Source of the DNA: the human T2T-CHM13v2.0 reference genome, Homo sapiens | DNA length: 64,000 bases | NCBI GenBank assembly: GCA_009914755.4 | Contig: CP086569.2 | Coordinates: 352,001 to 416,000 of the forward strand | Direction of reading: 5' to 3' | In this document: one piece after another, positions 1-13,759 of the stretch | Layout of the letters: each line of letters starts with the position of its first letter | How positions within the stretch are numbered: position 1 is the first letter of the stretch | Made by a program: the position numbers and the translations under genes | Notes under the pieces: generated by a model | Told to the model about the DNA's origin: nothing | Seen by the model: only the letters and a program-made list of their open reading frames with translations | The model's database searches: none

Positions 1-353
1 ACACAATACACACACAAAACACACAAATACATACTACACACAACACAAACCACACTAAACACACACTGCACCCACAAAATACACATTGCACACAACACAT
101 GCAAACCACACTAAACACACACTATGCACAATACAGATACCAGACACCACACACTTACAACACAGAAAATACACACTACACACAACACACACAAACCACA
201 CTAAACACATACACTCTGCACAGGACAGACGTCACACTGAATACACACACATAACACATAATCTACAATTACACGCAACAGACGCAGACGTCGCTAAACA
301 CACACACTCTGCACAGGACAGACACCACACTAAACACGCACACACACACAAAT
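1..353. repeat. CA-rich degenerate tandem repeat (acacac / cacactaaacacaca motifs, about 50-90 bp irregular period)
   Basis: Almost pure C/A on the + strand; the motif ccacactaaacacaca recurs at about 50, 106, 196 and 328; the His/Thr-rich ORF at 86-418 is a reading artefact of it. Confidence 0.85.
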
Positions 354-456
354 GTGGTAGGTCACCCCCACATCATGAGCCCCAAGAGCCAGTTGATTTC
401 TGCCTCAACAACGGTTGATTTGAAGGAACTTACGATGAATTAAGATGTGGACATCT

Positions 457-515
457 GGCCGGGCGCGGTGGCTCACGCCTGTAATCCCAGCACTTTGGGA
501 GGCCGAGGCGCGTGG
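457..515 (+). mobile_element. Alu SINE 5' fragment (start of left arm)
   Basis: ggccgggcgcggtggctcacgcctgtaatcccagcactttgggaggccgaggcg matches the Alu 5' consensus. Confidence 0.8.
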
Positions 516-580
516 TGGTCAGGAGGGTTGGATCCTCATGAATGGGATTCATCCCTTATAAAAGAGACTTCAGGCCGGAC
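516..580. repeat. Fragment of an ancient interspersed repeat (motif ctcatgaatgggatt..cccttataaaagag); family not assigned
   Basis: Same motif family as 8830-9060; a widespread primate repeat motif recognised from memory only. Confidence 0.35.
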
Positions 581-589
581 GAAGGGGCG

Positions 590-741
590 CCCACCACGAA
601 GCCCGGCTAATTTTTTGTATTTTTGGTACAGACGGGGTTTCACCGTGTTGGCCAGGATGGTCTCGATCTCTTGACCTCGTGATCCGCCCTCCTTGGCCTC
701 CCAAAGCGCTGGGATTACAGGCGTGAGCTACCACACCCAGC
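590..741 (-). mobile_element. Alu SINE left-arm fragment, inverted relative to 457-515
   Basis: gcccggctaattttttgtatttttggtacagacggggtttcaccgtgttggccaggatggtctcgatctc...ggcgtgagctaccacacccagc is the reverse complement of the Alu left arm. Confidence 0.8.
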
Positions 742-1163
742 TTCTCAATTTTTTAAAACTGAGATTAAGTTTGCATGGCACGCAAGCAATCCTTTCAAAA
801 GTGAACAGTTCAGGGACGTGTGTGTGCATTTACAATGTTGCTGTACATTTACAATGAGAGGGATTGGGGGTGTGTCTGTTTCATAGGGTTCCTTCTGGGG
901 GAGCAAAATATTCTAGGAATAGAATTTTCCAGAAGGAAACCTATCAAACAGTCACAGCCCCAATCCCTCTCTCTCAGCCCCTGGCAGTCACAAAGCTCCT
1001 TTCTGTCTCAACGAATTTGTCTGTTCTGCGTTTATTTTTTAATAGACTTGCTTATACATAGAAAAGAATTTCAAAGTTTGGCCACTGCTGTGCTTGCTGC
1101 TGGTGGCTATGGGGTCTTGATACTTCTTAGGATATCCCCCTAGGATAACATCAGGGTTCCTGA

Positions 1164-1782
<619 letters not shown>

Positions 1783-2218
1783 ACTGATTTATTTTCTTTA
1801 AACAAAGCCCAGGGGCCACCGTGAGATTATGTCACCTCTCTGTGGTGTTTTTCCCCTTTTTATCCAATATATTGCATTCTGAGACACATTTCTAATGTAC
1901 AGAAAGAGATGTTCATGCTTCTTGCACTTTTTTTTCAGAAGTTAACGCTAAATCTATGTGTCTTGGCCTCTTAAAAACAAAACAAAACCAAAAAAACAAA
2001 CCTACACTTCCATAGTTGAAAAACTGGACTGGTTTTGGGTGCTACCACACACGTCTCACAACAAACACAGTTGAGAATCAAGCGACTGTTTCAATAGCTC
2101 ATAAATGGTGGTGAGAAAAGCCTGTTTGTAACCACTTCAGCATTTGAAATTAAACTCATCATTTAAGGATTTCTAAAGGTAATCATTTGGTCAACAACAG
2201 CAAAAAGTATTCCCTTTC

Positions 2219-2326
2219 TTCCCTGCCTCCCTCCTTCCTGTCCTTCCCTCCTTCCTTCCTTCCCTCCTTCCTTCCTTCATTTCTTTCTTTTCTTCTTTCT
2301 CTCTTTCTTTCTTTTTCTTTCCCACA
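2219..2326. repeat. (TTCC)n/(CTTT)n microsatellite
   Basis: ccttccttccttccctccttccttccttcatttctttcttttc. Confidence 0.9.
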
Positions 2327-2384
2327 GGGAAAGGGGCGCCGTGAATGTAGCCCATATAGACCTAGAAGAGAGATGATCAGCTAT

Positions 2385-3575
2385 CATCTCTCTCTCTTTC
2401 TCTATCTATTAATCTATCTATATATCTTACCTATCGATGTATCTATTATATCTATGTATCTATATCTATTTATGTATTCTATGTATCTATTTTATCTATG
2501 TATCTATATCTATTGTATGTATCTATTATATCTATGTATCTATATCTATTTATGTATTCTATGTATCTATTTTATCTATGTATCTATATCTATTGTATGT
2601 ATCTATTATATCTATGTATCTATATCTATTTATGTATTCTATGTATCTATTTTATCTATGTATCTATATCTATTTATTCTATGTATCTATTATATCTATG
2701 TATGTATATCTATTTATGTATTCTATGTATCTATTTATCTATATCTATTCTATGTATCTATTATATCTATGTATCCATATCTATTTAATGTATTCTATGT
2801 ATCTATTTTATCTATTTATCTATATCTATTGTATGTATCTATTATATCTATGTATCTATATCTATTTATGTATTCTATGTATCTATTTTATCTATTTATC
2901 TATATCTATTGTATGTATCTATTATATCTATGTATCTATATCTATTTATGTATTCTATGTATCTATTTTATCTATGTATCTATATCTATTGTATGTATCT
3001 ATTATATCTATGTATCTATATCTATTTATGTATTCTATGTATCTATTTTATCTATGTATCTATATCTATTTATTCTATGTATCTATTATATCTATGTATC
3101 TATATCTATTTATGTATTCTATGTATCTATTTATCTATATCTATTCTATGTATCTATTATATCTATGTATCCATATCTATGTATTCTATGTATCTATTTT
3201 ATCTATTTATCTATATCTATTTATTCTATGTATCTATTATATCTATGTATCTATATCTATTCTATGTATCTATTATATTTATCTATGTATCTATGTATGT
3301 ATGTATCATCTATCTTATCATGTATTTATTATATCTATTATCTATCTTATCTATCATCTATCTATTGCATCTATTATCTATCATCTATTATATCTATTTA
3401 TATCTATCATCTATGTATCTATTATATCTATCATCTATCTTATCTATCATCTATTATATCTATCATCTCTCATCTATGTATCTATGTATTATATCTATCT
3501 ATCATCTATCCATCTATCTATGTATGTATGTATCTGTCTATTATCTATCTATCCATCTATCTATCATCCAACTGG
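2385..3575. repeat. TATC/TCTA-based minisatellite with an 80-bp higher-order period (about 15 periods)
   Basis: The motif tattgtatgt recurs at 2511 and 2591 (80 bp apart); the whole block is tatctatgtatctatatctatttatgtattctatg... and ends in (CT)n at 3603-3632. Confidence 0.9.
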
Positions 3576-4390
3576 ATTATCAATATCCGTGCTCCCACAC
3601 ATATTTCACTCTCTCTCTCTCTCAACCTTGCCAAAAGCAGGCAGAACGCAGCAGGAAGTGACTCCCTCCCGATCCTTTGCCCCAAGGGGCAGACACCCAC
3701 CCGTAGGAAGCTGCATTCCTGGGGTCTGTGGTCATGTCACCGTTAGCAATGTGGTACCTGGGCTGGACAAGAGAGTCAATTTACGGCTCTTTTGTGCTGA
3801 ATATCAGAAAAGCCGATCATTCAATTATCTCAGCGTTACCTTTCACTGGCATTATTTCATTCCTTGAAATGGCTTTTCATTCCAATTATAGGTTTTCATG
3901 GAGAAATTGTTGGATAATGTAATAATATTTGCCTCTTGCCGTCCTCTGAGGGCGATGATGAATGTTTAATAAGACACCAAAGTTGCAAAACCATTATGCA
4001 CTTCTCAAAAGAGAGATGCCATATAAATGAATAATAAGAATAAATTATGCAACTGTATTGGGTAGAAAAAAAAATCAATTACTCTTCTTCTAGTGGCCAG
4101 TGATCTACTTTATATGCTGGATTTTAGAGTTAATTAATTAAGTTACGTCCTGTATTAAAAAAACAAACGTGTCAGCTTTTTTACAGTTTTTTGCTTTTCC
4201 TGCCCTAATAGCGTGATGGTTCTATGGGGTGAGGTCCCCTACATCCTGATTGAAATGAACGATTTCCCGGTGAAGCTCCGAGTTTCCACTGGAGGGAAAA
4301 TGGTGACTGTCTCAAGAATTAGCCTGGGAGACCCTGAAGAGCTTCAGAATATGCCACCAAAAAAAAAAAAATACATATATATATATTGCA

Positions 4391-4693
4391 GGGGCCAGGT
4401 GGGGTGGCTCATGGCTATAATCCCAGCACTTTGGGAGGCCGAGGCAGGTGGATCAGGAGGTCAGGAGTTCAAGACCAGCCTGGCCAAGATGGTGAAACCC
4501 TGTCTCTACTAAAAATACCAAAAAATTAACCAGGCGTGGTGGCAGGCATCTGTAATCCCAGCTACTCGGGAGGCTGAGGGAGAGGATTGTTTGAACCTGG
4601 GAGGTGGAGGTTGCAGTGAGCCGAGATCACGCCATTGCACTCCAGCCTGGGTGACAGAGCGAGACTCTGTCTCAAAAAAAGAAAAAAAAAAAA
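4391..4693 (+). mobile_element. Alu SINE (full length, plus strand)
   Basis: ggccaggtggggtggctcatggctataatcccagcactttgggaggccgaggcaggtgg ... gagcgagactctgtctcaaaaaaagaaaaaaaaaaaa. Confidence 0.95.
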
Positions 4694-5006
4694 GCAACAG
4701 CTACGGAGGCTAAAAGGTCCCCTCCTTCTGTGTTTAACTGGGAATGTCGGCAACCTTTACACATGATTTGTTTTCTCTGAGGTTGATTAGGAAATGGAAG
4801 CCACCTCATCCATGGAACTTACTCCAAAACTCTAATACTCAACATAGGAAGAGCTTGGAGCCGATGGTCTGTTGGGAACTAGGTCATTACTCCCCTTGTT
4901 TTCTCTAACCTTATCCAATTTTCCCGGTTATTCCAAGCTCAGAGAAGGAGGGACCTTCGGAAATGATGCTACAACTGAGTGACTTCCCTCTAGTCATAGA
5001 AAACTG

Positions 5007-5323
5007 TTGTTTTTGTTTTTTGGGTTTTTTTGCAAGACACGGTCTCACTCCGCTGCCCACGCTGGAGCACAGTGGTGCAATCATGGCTCGTTGGAACTTC
5101 GAACTCCTGGGCTCAAGTGATCCTCCCACCTCAGCCTCCAGAGTAGCTGGGACCACAGGTGTGCACCACCATGCCTGGCAATTTTTTTGTTTTATTTATT
5201 TATTTTTTTTAGAGACAGTCTTGCCTTGTTGCTGAAGCTGGTTTTGAACTCCTGACCTCAAGTGATCTGCCTGCCTCAGCCTCCCAAAGTGTTGGGATGA
5301 CAGGCATGAGCCACCACTCGGGC
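5007..5323 (-). mobile_element. Alu SINE (older, diverged, AluJ/S-like, minus strand)
   Basis: T-rich leader, then gcaagacacggtctcactccgctgcccacgctggagcacagtggtgcaatcatggctc ... ggcatgagccaccactcgggc; many CpG to TpG changes. Confidence 0.9.
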
Positions 5324-5824
5324 TATAAAACCAATTTTGAAAAGAGGTGTTGTGTGAACAACCAGCAGTTGAATTACCTGCCAAAGACAACCTTTTGCTT
5401 CTCTTTACCTAGGGGTGGCCCTGGGGTCCAATCTCAGCCAATGGAACGGAAGGTAAATATACAAGAGGAGGTGTGGCTAGCACGGCCCCTCCACCTCTAC
5501 TCCGCTCCTGTCTCTGAGTGTGGCTGTGATGCCCGGATCAGCAGCAGCCTCCTTGCAACCTTGAGGCCACGTGGTGGTGAACAGAAAGGACCTCGGTTAC
5601 TTGTGGTGTAACTTGAGGCTGCCGTCTTGTGAGTCAGGTGCCTCGTGTTTTATTTTTTACAAGAGTTGTGTTTCTTTCCAAAGATGATTTTGGATTAGAG
5701 AGAAAGAGAGAGAGAGAGAGACAGTAGCGTGTCTGGGTCAGATTTTTACAAAATATCACTACTTAAGATACCAACGTAGAAATGAGCCAGCGTCCAAGTC
5801 CTGTTCATATATTTTGGCCAACTT

Positions 5825-6642
5825 TCTTTTTTTCAGTTTTTGTTTGTGTGTTTGTTTTATTTTACTTTAAGTTCTGGGGTATGTGTGCAGAACGGGCAGG
5901 TTTGTTACATACGTATACACATGCCATGGTGGTTTTCTGCACCCATCAACCCATCATCTACATTAGGTATTTTTCCTAATGCTCTCCCTCCCCTATCCCC
6001 CCACCCCCTGACAGGCCCTGGTGTGTGATGTTCCCCTCCCTGTGTCCATGTGTTCTCATTGTTCGACTCCCACTTATGAGTGACAACATGCGGTGTTTGG
6101 TTTTCTGTTTCTGTGTTAGTTTGCTGAGAATGATGGTTTCCAGCTTCATCCATGTCCCTGCAAAGGACATGAACTCCTCCTTTTTGATGGCTGCATAGTA
6201 TTCCATGGTGTCTCTGTGCCACGTTTTCTTTCTCCAGTCTATTATTGATGGGCATTTGGGTTGGTTCCAAATCTTTGCTGTTGTGAATAGTGCCGCAATA
6301 AACATACGTGTGCATGTGTCTTTATAGCAGGATGATTTATAATCCTTTGGGTATATACCCAGTGATGGGATGGCTGGGTCAAATGGTATTTCTGGTTCTA
6401 GATCCCTGAGGAATCGCCACACTGTCTTCCATAATGGTTGAACTAGTTTACAGTCCCACCAACAGTGTAAAAGTGTTCCTATTTCTCCACATCCTCTCCA
6501 GCACCTGTTGTTTCCTGACTTTTTAATGATCGCCCTTCTAACTGGTGTGAGGTGGTATCTCATTGTGGTTTTGATTTGCATTTCTCTGATGACCAGTGAT
6601 GATGAGCTTTTTTTTCACATGTTTGTTTGGCCAACTTTTTGA
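5825..6642 (-). mobile_element. L1 LINE 3'-end fragment (ORF2 C-terminal region plus 3'UTR plus poly-A), minus strand, 5'-truncated
   Basis: The reverse complement reads ...ccaccatggcatgtgtatacgtatgtaacaaacctgcccgttctgcacacataccccagaacttaaagtaaaataaaac. ORF 5976-6581 (minus) translates to [15 protein letters not shown]...[24 protein letters not shown], the well-known L1 ORF2p C-terminus. Confidence 0.9.
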
Positions 6643-6687
6643 TATGTTTAGATATTAGGACCAAGATATCTTCTTCTTCTTATTATT

Positions 6688-7407
<720 letters not shown>

Positions 7408-8216
7408 TCATAACCCAGGAACGTTTCCCCAAGGACCTGGGAGCCACCTCTTTTCAAATGAGATCATGAAGGAGGAAAACGCCCCTAGCTCCAGTGTCTG
7501 GGGACGAGAAGGGTCTAAGTTGTCACCTGACTCGAGATTGCAAAAGCCAGCTAAGGCAATGGGCTGTACACACTTACATCTAGCGAAGGGTGAGATTGCT
7601 TCGTGTCATTACAACCTCTTTAGTGAATTGCTTGTGATAGGCTTGGCATTCTGGTTTGATGCTGGTTCCACAATAAAATCATTTTCTTTTCTCTTTTACC
7701 TTCGTGGTGAGGTCCCCGGGGTTGGCAGATTTTGCTTTTAATGATATTTCTTCAACGCTGTCTCCACCAAGACCTTCAAATCCTTCCGGAGGCAGAGGGC
7801 CCTTGAGGATTCTCGGAGGCTTGAACGGAAATTCTCTACAAAGACCTTGCAAAGCCCTACCCAAGGCGGAGAAGATGAAATATCTGTTAATATGATTGTC
7901 ATGACAATGTTTTCAGAGATTCCTTCCTTTTGGCAGGATATTTACAGTATCTCAGTGTTCAGATTCCAACGAACGCTGTTTCTATCTGTGTCTTAATAAG
8001 CCCAGTTGCGCAGAAGGACGTGGCACCCAGAGAGAGCTTGATAAACGTTGGGTTTTTTGACTGTCCTTGGCATTTGATCTTTGACAGGCAAGCGGGCGTG
8101 CAGGTAGGTGGTGTCCACGGGGCGGCCAGCTCAGCAGTGATGCTTGTCCCGTGCTCAGCTGTGGCCTGAATGTCTGTGTTACCCAAATTCCTGTGTTGAA
8201 ATTGTCTCCCCATCCT

Positions 8217-8815
8217 TAGTTCAACCATTGTGGAAGACAGTGTGGTGATTCCTCAAGGATCTACAACCAGAAATATCATTTGACCCAGCAATTTCATTAC
8301 TGGGTATATACCCAAAGGATTGTAAATCATTCTCCTATAAAGACACATGTGCACGTATGTTTTTGCGGCACTGTTCACAATAGCAAAGACTTGGAACCAA
8401 TCCAAATGCGCATCAATGACAGACTGGATGAAGAAAATGTGGCACATACACACCATGGAATACTATGCAGCCATGAAAAAGGATGAGTTCATGTCCTTTG
8501 CAGGGACATGGATGAAGCTGGAAACCATCATTCTCAGCAAATTCACACAGGAACAGAAAACCAAACACCGCATGTTCTCACCCATAAGTGGGAGTTGAAC
8601 AATGAGAACACATGGACACAGGGAGGGGAACATCACACACCAGGGCCTGTCAGGGGGTTGGGGGAAGGTGAGGGAGAGCATTAGGAGAAACACCTAATGT
8701 AGACGACGGGTTGATGGGTGCAGAAAACCACCATGGCACGTGTATACCTATGTAACCAACCTGCACGTTCTGCACATGTACCCCAGAACTTAAAGTATAA
8801 TAAAAAAAAAAAAAA
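8217..8815 (+). mobile_element. L1 LINE 3'-end fragment (ORF2 C-terminus plus 3'UTR plus poly-A), plus strand, inverted relative to 5825-6642
   Basis: agttcaaccattgtggaagacagtgtgg ... ggcacgtgtatacctatgtaaccaacctgcacgttctgcacatgtaccccagaacttaaagtataataaaaaaaaaaaaaa. Confidence 0.9.
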
Positions 8816-8829
8816 GGAAAGAAATCCTC

Positions 8830-9060
8830 TCTCCAAAGTTGATGATATTGGGAGGTGGGGTCTTTGGGAGGTGAGGAGGTCATAGGGTTGGAGGCTCATG
8901 GCTGGGATGACTGCCCTTATAAAAGGGTCGCCGGGGAGGCCCCTTCCACCACGTGAGGGCACAGAGAGAAGGCGCTGTCTATGAAGCAGGAGGCCTTTCC
9001 ATACACACAGAACCCACCACACCTGGATCTTTGTCTTCCAGCCTCCAGAGCTCTGAGCGG
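8830..9060. repeat. Fragment of an ancient interspersed repeat (motifs gggaggtggggtctttgggaggtga, cccttataaaag, ccagcctccagagctctgag); family not assigned
   Basis: Matches a very common primate repeat consensus from memory; the same family as 516-580. Confidence 0.4.
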
Positions 9061-9159
9061 TAAATGTCTGCGGTTTCTAAGTTAGCCCCTGTGTTCTGTT
9101 CTGGGATAGCCGCAGCCCCAGCCGGCTGGGGTAAGAGAGATAAGAGACCACCTGTGGCC

Positions 9160-11932
9160 CCTCTCCCTGCAACCCCTTTCCCTGTGGGAGCAGGAGCTCC
9201 TTCCCTCTCCCTGCAGCCCCTTTCCCTGTGGGAGCAGGAGCTCCTTCCCTCTCCCTGCATCCCCTTTCCCTGTGGGAGTGAGAGCTCCTTCCCTCTCCCT
9301 GCATCCCCTTTCCCTGTGGGAGTGAGAGCTCCTTCCCTCTCCCTGCATCCCCTTTCCCTGTGGGAGTGAGAGCTCCTTCCCTCTCCCTGCATCCCCTTTC
9401 CCTGTGGGAGCAGGAGCTCCTTCCCTCTCCCTGCATCCCCTTTCCCTGTGGGAGCAGGAGCTCCTTCCCTCTCCCTGCAGCCCCTTTCCCTGTGGGAGCA
9501 GGAGCTCCTTCCCTCTCCCTGCATCCCCTTTCCCTGTGGGAGCAGGAGCTCCTTCCCTCTCCCTGCAGCCCCTTTCCCTGTGGGAGTGAGAGCTCCTTCC
9601 CTCTCCCTGCAGCCCCTTTCCCTGTGGGAGTGAGAGCTCCTTCCCTCTCCCTGCATCCCCTTTCCCTGTGGGAGCAGGAGCTCCTTCCCTCTCCCTGCAT
9701 CCCCTTTCCCTGTGGGAGCAGGAGCTCCTTCCCTCTCCCTGCAGCCCCTTTCCCTGTGGGAGCAGGAGCTCCTTCCCTCTCCCTGCATCCCCTTTCCCTG
9801 TGGGAGTGAGAGCTCCTTCCCTCTCCCTGCATCCCCTTTCCCTGTGGGAGTGAGAGCTCCTTCCCTCTCCCTGCATCCCCTTTCCCTGTGGGAGTGAGAG
9901 CTCCTTCCCTCTCCCTGCATCCCCTTTCCCTGTGGGAGCAGGAGCTCCTTCCCTCTCCCTGCATCCCCTTTCCCTGTGGGAGTGAGAGCTCCTTCCCTCT
10001 CCCTGCAGCCCCTTTCCCTGTGGGAGCAGGAGCTCCTTCCCTCTGCCTGCATCCCCTTTCCCTGTGGGAGTGAGAGCTCCTTCCCTCTCCCTGCAGCCCC
10101 TTTCCCTGTGGGAGTGAGAGCTCCTTCCCTCTCCCTGCATCCCCTTTCCCTGTGGGAGTGAGAGCTCCTTCCCTCTCCCTGCAGCCCCTTTCCCTGTGGG
10201 AGCAGGAGCTCCTTCCCTCTCCCTGCAGCCCCTTTCCCTGTGGGAGTGAGAGCTCCTTCCCTCTCCCTGCATCCCCTTTCCCTGTGGGAGTGAGAGCTCC
10301 TTCCCTCTCCCTGCAGCCCCTTTCCCTGTGGGAGTGAGAGCTCCTTCCCTCTCCCTGCATCCCCTTTCCCTGTGGGAGTGAGAGCTCCTTCCCTCTCCCT
10401 GCAGCCCCTTTCCCTGTGGGAGCAGGAGCTCCTTCCCTCTCCCTGCATCCCCTTTCCCTGTGGGAGTGAGAGCTCCTTCCCTCTCCCTGCATCCCCTTTC
10501 CCTGTGGGAGTGAGAGCTCCTTCCCTCTCCCTGCAGCCCCTTTCCCTGTGGGAGCAGGAGCTCCTTCCCTCTCCCTGCATCCCCTTTCCCTGTGGGAGTG
10601 AGAGCTCCTTCCCTCTCCCTGCAGCCCCTTTCCCTGTGGGAGTGAGAGCTCCTTCCCTCTCCCTGCATCCCCTTTCCCTGTGGGAGCAGGAGCTCCTTCC
10701 CTCTCCCTGCAGCCCCTTTCCCTGTGGGAGCAGGAGCTCCTTCCCTCTCCCTGCATCCCCTTTCCCTGTGGGAGTGAGAGCTCCTTCCCTCTCCCTGCAT
10801 CCCCTTTCCCTGTGGGAGTGAGAGCTCCTTCCCTCTCCCTGCAGCCCCTTTCCCTGTGGGAGCAGGAGCTCCTTCCCTCTCCCTGCATCCCCTTTCCCTG
10901 TGGGAGTGAGAGCTCCTTCCCTCTCCCTGCATCCCCTTTCCCTGTGGGAGTGAGAGCTCCTTCCCTCTCCCTGCAGCCCCTTTCCCTGTGGGAGTGAGAG
11001 CTCCTTCCCTCTCCCTGCATCCCCTTTCCCTGTGGGAGTGAGAGCTCCTTCCCTCTCCCTGCAGCCCCTTTCCCTGTGGGAGCAGGAGCTCCTTCCCTCT
11101 CCCTGCATCCCCTTTCCCTGTGGGAGTGAAAGCTCCTTCCCTCTCCCTGCATCCCCTTTCCCTGTGGGAGTGAGAGCTCCTTCCCTCTCCCTGCAGCCCC
11201 TTTCCCTGTGGGAGCAGGAGCTCCTTCCCTCTCCCTGCATCCCCTTTCCCTGTGGGAGTGAGAGCTCCTTCCCTCTCCCTGCATCCCCTTTCCCTGTGGG
11301 AGTGAGAGCTCCTTCCCTCTCCCTGCAGCCCCTTTCCCTGTGGGAGTGAGAGCTCCTTCCCTCTCCCTGCATCCCCTTTCCCTGTGGGAGCAGGAGCTCC
11401 TTCCCTCTCCCTGCATCCCCTTTCCCTGTGGGAGCAGGAGCTCCTTCCCTCTCCCTGCATCCCCTTTCCCTGTGGGAGTGAGAGCTCCTTCCCTCTCCCT
11501 GCATCCCCTTTCCCTGTGGGAGTGAGAGCTCCTTCCCTCTCCCTGCAGCCCCTTTCCCTGTGGGAGCAGGAGCTCCTTCCCTCTCCCTGCATCCCCTTTC
11601 CCTGTGGGAGTGAGAGCTCCTTCCCTCTCCCTGCATCCCCTTTCCCTGTGGGAGTGAGAGCTCCTTCCCTCTCCCTGCAGCCCCTTTCCCTGTGGGAGTG
11701 AGAGCTCCTTCCCTCTCCCTGCATCCCCTTTCCCTGTGGGAGCAGGAGCTCCTTCCCTCTCCCTGCATCCCCTTTCCCTGTGGGAGCAGGAGCTCCTTCC
11801 CTCTCCCTGCATCCCCTTTCCCTGTGGGAGTGAGAGCTCCTTCCCTCTCCCTGCATCCCCTTTCCCTGTGGGAGCAGGAGCTCCTTCCCTCTCCCTGCAT
11901 CCCCTTTCCCTGTGGGAGCAGGAGCTCCTTCC
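9160..11932. repeat. Minisatellite, 44-bp unit x ~63 (cccctttccctgtgggagcaggagctccttccctctccctgcag)
   Basis: Exact 44-bp periodicity over 2773 bp. Two variant sites alternate between copies (gcaggagct vs gtgagagct; ctgcagcccc vs ctgcatcccc). The 1055-aa and 960-aa minus-strand ORFs have a 44-aa period because 3 x 44 bp = 132 bp. Confidence 0.97.
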
Positions 11933-12009
11933 TCCACTGAAGAGATGAAGGGTCTCCACTCTGGCTTTTAGCAGGGGCAGAGGTTGCAGGTTCTGTGGGG
12001 GCTGCAGAC

Positions 12010-12600
12010 TGGACTGTGCCTCTCTCTCTCTCTTTTTCTCTTCTCTGCATTTTCCCTCGCTTCTCTCTCTTTCTTTCTCTTCTCTCTGTTTTTTTCCTCT
12101 TTTTTTCTCTCCCCGTCTCTCCTCTTCCTCTCTCTCTCTCTCTCACGTCTCCGTGTTTCTCCCCCTCTTTCTCTCTGTCTCTCTTCTGTCTGTTTCATTC
12201 CTTTTTTCTCTCTGTGCCTGTCTCTCTCCTCTTCCTCTCCCTGTCTCTCTCCCCCTCTCTGTCTGTGTTTCTGCCCCTCTCTTTCTCTCTTCTCTCTGTT
12301 TTTTTCCTCTTTTTCTCTCCCCTTCTCTCTTCTCTTCCTCTCCGTCTGCCTCTGTCCCTCCCCTCTCTTTCTTCCTCTCCCTCTCTCTTCTCTCTCTCTC
12401 CCCTCTCCTCTTTCCTTTCTCTGTTTCATTCCTCTCTTTTCTCTCTCTTCTCTCCCTCTCCCTTCTCCCCCCTCCTCTCACTGCATCCCAATCCTTTCCT
12501 GGCCGTCCTCTCGCCCTCCTTCGCCTCCTCCTCTCCTGGAGGGTCCTACATTCTACTCCTGGCTCTTTCCTTCTCACTCTAGGTTCTCCCAGGGACTTCA
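12010..12600. repeat. Polypyrimidine (CT-rich) low-complexity tract, about 600 bp
   Basis: More than 95 percent C/T on the + strand: ctctctctctctttttctcttctctgcattttccctcgcttctctctctttc... Confidence 0.85.
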
Positions 12601-13156
12601 TCCACACCTATAATCTCATCCACCATCTCAATTCCTACGTCTGTGTTTTCACCCGGGAGCAGGGCTCAGCCAATCTTTTATTATTATCATTATTATTTTA
12701 AATAAAGGACTAGATGGTAAGAAAAAATACTGTGCATGTGGGTGCTGGATCTTTGCTGTCCTCATGGCCCCTGGTCCGTGAGGTTGCCCCTAAAACATAT
12801 TTAAGAGAGTATCTCTGAAGTGTCTTCCTACCCTCATTAAATCTCTCATACACGGTCACCTCCCGGGATAAGACGCCTGTGAACCCCAAATATCTGAGAC
12901 AGATCTCCAGCAAGTCAGGAAGTTTCTTCTAGCCAAGGTTAAGAAGACAGCGTCCGTCACACCATCTTAGGAGGCTCTGACGACGTGTCCCAAGGTGGTC
13001 GGGGCACAGCTTGCTATGTGTTGCTTTGGTTTGGAAAAGCAGGACAATATGAGGCGGGAAGAGGGTTTCCAGATCACAGGTAGGCAAGAGACAAACACTT
13101 GTGTTCTGTTGAGTTTCTTTCTTTTTTTTTTCTTTTTTTTTTTTTTTTTGAGATGA

Positions 13157-13759
<603 letters not shown>

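Noticed and set aside
86-418. 110-aa His/Thr-rich ORF
   Set aside because: It lies wholly inside the CA-rich tandem repeat at 1-353.
2187-3867. 519-aa and 476-aa ORFs rich in Y/I/L/S/C
   Set aside because: A translation of the TATC/TCTA array; no stops occur in those frames of the repeat.
5976-6581. 201-aa ORF with clear similarity to the L1 ORF2 protein C-terminus (and the related ORF 16461-16832)
   Set aside because: It is a 5'-truncated L1 retrotransposon remnant, not a host gene. The endonuclease and RT domains are absent.
9160-11932. CRISPR-like regular direct repeats (also at 23053-29330 and 55285-56930)
   Set aside because: The units are contiguous with no unique spacers. The sequence context is primate and full of Alu and L1. 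These are eukaryotic minisatellites.
8979-12146. 1055-aa (and 960/951-aa) minus-strand ORFs with a 44-aa periodic sequence GKGDAGRGKELSLPQGKGMQGEGRSSCSHRERGCREREGALTPT
   Set aside because: Exactly 3 x 44 bp = 132 bp, so the 44-bp minisatellite reads open in all frames. No start context, no non-repeat domain, low-complexity composition. A repeat translation artefact.
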